The notes under the pieces are model-generated. The model was not told the origin of the DNA. It worked only from the letters and a program-made list of their open reading frames with translations, and did no database searches. From positions 19,964,001 through 20,028,000 of the forward strand of contig OZ286476.1 in assembly GCA_965644265.1 (NCBI GenBank): 64,000 nt of DNA, given 5' to 3'. Below, piece by piece: positions 62,506 through 64,000 of the stretch (positions within the stretch are counted from its first letter, which is position 1; each line of letters opens with the position of its first letter). Made by a program: the position numbers and the translations under genes. This DNA comes from Glycera tridactyla. Taxonomy: Eukaryota.

Positions 62506-62680
62506 GTAGGTAGAAATGTGTCAAACTGACTGCTACTTCCACTTGACTGCCTTTCTGGTTTCCCTTTATATTGTGTTTAGGGTTTGTGAGAGTGATACCT
62601 GCAGTGGACAGAACATCTAACTCTCATGGATCAGGACACTTGCCATCCATAATGCTTCGAGTTGACACATGCTATCAAGC
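62506..62680 (+). ncRNA. Intronic structured-element family, copy H5 (hairpin 62573-62639)
   Basis: TGTGAGAG/CTCTCATG and GGTT/GATC stems; upstream block matches H1. Confidence 0.55.
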
Positions 62681-62694
62681 CCCAATCATCTGGC

Positions 62695-62895
62695 CAGGGC
62701 TCTACGTTGGCCAAGATATCAAACTGAAGTTGAAATTTTTGGTAGCCCATGCAAAATTTTGGTAGCCAGTCAATACATTGCCAGTTACAACCTCTCAAAT
62801 TTTGGGGGCCACTGGCTTATAACTTTCAAAACATGGTAGCCAGAGGGTAAATTTGATAGCAATTGGCTACCTACAGGTAGCATTGTAAAGCCCTG
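62695..62895 (+). mobile_element. CAGGG-ended MITE (hAT-like termini), copy 2
   Basis: CAGGGCTCTAC...GTAAAGCCCTG TIR. Confidence 0.7.
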
Positions 62896-62898
62896 CCG

Positions 62899-62922
62899 GC
62901 CAACCAACCAACCAACCAACCA
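62899..62922. repeat. (CCAA)n microsatellite
   Basis: Direct reading. Confidence 0.85.
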
Positions 62923-64000
62923 CTGATTCATGGACTACATGACATCTAGTCCAGTACATTGTCACCCTGTGAACATGATATCAGTTCACATGGTCCCCAC
63001 TCTGCATCTTGGACATGACATGCTCTGTTAGATGAAATGACAGAACCATAATAACAGTTGCTTTTATTGACTATTCTTGCTTCTGACATGTCTTATTAAA
63101 ACTATTTCTTTGTAGAGCTCTTACACCATACTGCTCTGTTTATTGGCTGCATTTTCACTGTCATTGCTCGTTTACAACTGCTATTTACAATTCATTCTGT
63201 TTCAGCATTAGGTGCTCTCACCTATTTTCTGCTAGTTGTAGATGCTATCTTTGTTATCTTCTACATATGTAGATATAGTTGTGTATCCTGTATGGTTATT
63301 AATTATGGTGTCACAGATTACTTCTGATGTTCGTGCAGCATGTCAGTTATCACTGAACTTCTCTTGTCAGGTTGAAATTCACTTGGCTGTCTTCTTTCTG
63401 GGTCTGATTATGTTTTTTTTTTGTCTTGTGTATGCACAAAATTGGACTACAGTCAAACATATCATAAGCAGCCACACTCGGGAAGGGCAAAGGTTGGCTG
63501 CTTAGGACTGGTGAATGAATGCTTAGGGTAGGTGAGTTATAGTGAAAAATCTTCTGGTCGGTTATTCGAGTGGCTGGAGAGGCAGATGGCCACTCAGTTC
63601 AGTGGCAGCTTAGGACAGGTTAGATCTTACATAAGCATGTCATGAATAGATGCATTCATTTCATCATTAGGATGTCAGACAATATGTTTCATACTTTCTA
63701 CAGGGTATATCCTCATGAACTTTCAGCTGATTATGGCTGCAAAAACTGGCTCATGGCCACCGGATTCTTGAAATTTTCTGTAATGGAAGTGTGGCATGAA
63801 AGGGAGGTAACCCTGAATTGATCACTGATGATACTACACTTGTGGTGTGTCATAAAAGCAAGAACACTCCAATGTGATCATCATAATGATATCAACTGTC
63901 TAGTGGGATAACTTGCTCAGTCTTCTCTTAATTTCTGTGAAATATGACATGCTGGTAGTCTCTTCAGCAAGAAACTTGTCTTTAGCAACCTTTGTTCGGA

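Noticed and set aside
1-64000. CRISPR arrays, rRNA, tRNA, intact transposase or reverse transcriptase genes
   Set aside because: None seen; the tandem repeats are protein-coding or microsatellites and lack repeat-spacer structure

Overview
Eukaryotic (invertebrate-animal-like, AT-rich introns) genomic window occupied entirely by part of one + strand giant muscle-protein gene of the titin/sallimus(kettin)-like class; the start codon lies upstream of the window and the 3' end probably downstream. I traced 26 GT-AG exons whose phases join into one open frame of about 7,940 codons. It encodes 17 I-set Ig domains and no Fn3 or kinase domain within the window. It also contains two large symmetric Ig-spacer-Ig cassette exons, a Glu-rich 47-aa repeat exon, and a 10.4-kb exon. 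That exon holds a PEVK-like region and about 50 copies of an unrecognised ~40-44-aa beta-hairpin/helix-like module arranged in 2/8/16-unit super-repeats and rich in RRxS motifs. The introns contain a TA-flanked CAGT-ended MITE family (one copy with a nested insertion), CAGGG-ended MITEs, microsatellites and two assembly gaps. They also contain five same-strand copies of a ~190-nt element whose ~70-nt hairpin shows compensatory base changes. All coordinates, alignments and structures were derived by eye; no database searches were run, so novelty claims are untested.
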